Shown: positions 63,714 to 64,000 of the stretch, in pieces
How positions within the stretch are numbered: the first letter of the stretch is position 1
Layout of the letters: every line of letters starts with the position of its first letter
The notes under the pieces: generated by a model
Told to the model about the DNA's origin: nothing
Databases searched by the model: none
The model's input: only the letters and a program-made list of their open reading frames with translations
IMG/VR virus record: IMGVR_UViG_3300028172_000069
Origin: a virus
Taxonomy: Duplodnaviria; Caudoviricetes
Direction: 5' to 3' (one strand)
Length of the DNA: 64,000 nt
Made by a program: the position numbers and the translations under genes

Positions 63714-64000
63714 TAGGGCACCTTGTACTTGGTTCTGAACTTGTCGACGGACATGACCGGGATATCGTTGTCCTTGGCGTATTCCGTCTTGTTGTTGGAT
63801 ACGTACTCGTCTTTCACAATGAGTAAATTAGCAGATTTGGCACTGGATGCCATCTTTCCACCATTCGCCACGATCCATTCAGCCAGTTCTTTATCGCGCA
63901 CAGAGGTGAACAGGACAGCCATGTTGCGCATTGCGTGGCCAGTGATACGGGTCTGCTTGGGCTGCACAACCTTGACGTCCAGCTTCTTCAGGAACAGGCG
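63713..64000 (-). CDS. C-terminal BRCT domain of a gene running off the window (probably NAD-dependent DNA ligase)
   Basis: Frame open to 64000; VLFTS.RD..L..WI..NGG...SSA....LIV......K...A....IPV BRCT pattern. Confidence 0.6.
   Translation of the reverse strand, partial: RLFLKKLDVKVVQPKQTRITGHAMRNMAVLFTSVRDKELAEWIVANGGKMASSAKSANLLIVKDEYVSNNKTEYAKDNDIPVMSVDKFRTKYKVP

Overview
The whole window is part of a large dsDNA (jumbo) myophage genome with a T4-like baseplate. The gene content is reminiscent of PaBG/Lu11/RSL1-type proteobacterial jumbo phages; that assignment is inference and was not verified. All family names below come from motif recognition by eye, with no database search. There are four transcription blocks. 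(1) Plus strand, 43-7970: accessory genes including an orphan HicB-like protein, DUF4326, a YgiB-like lipoprotein paired with a glutathionylspermidine-synthase-like ATP-grasp ligase, and a wHTH protein. (2) Minus strand, 8011-50625: a long late block with NUDIX, a lysis cassette, many fibre/adhesin proteins, four collagen-like proteins, a putative periplasmic-sensor module, baseplate gp6/gp25-like proteins and PAAR. (3) Plus strand, 50709-54286: a wHTH fusion and thyA. (4) Minus strand, 54327-64000: Acb1 anti-CBASS nuclease, a nucleoside-deoxyribosyltransferase-like protein, a putative prohead protease, a GT2-TPR glycosyltransferase, four basic proteins with a shared leader, and a BRCT-containing gene running off the window. 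The strongest unexplained patterns are: five fibre genes sharing an ML(S/T)L(I/V)P N-terminus; four collagen paralogs with Cys fixed at Gly-X-Y triplet 10 (and 20 in two); four basic proteins sharing an IxADxSFx(S/A)(V/I)A leader near the putative prohead protease; a mirror-symmetric Pro-rich 'antenna' inserted in a baseplate protein; a four-gene membrane/periplasmic module; and a recurrent sense-strand TAATTTA motif. No CRISPR array, intact tRNA/rRNA, integrase, transposase or reverse transcriptase was seen.
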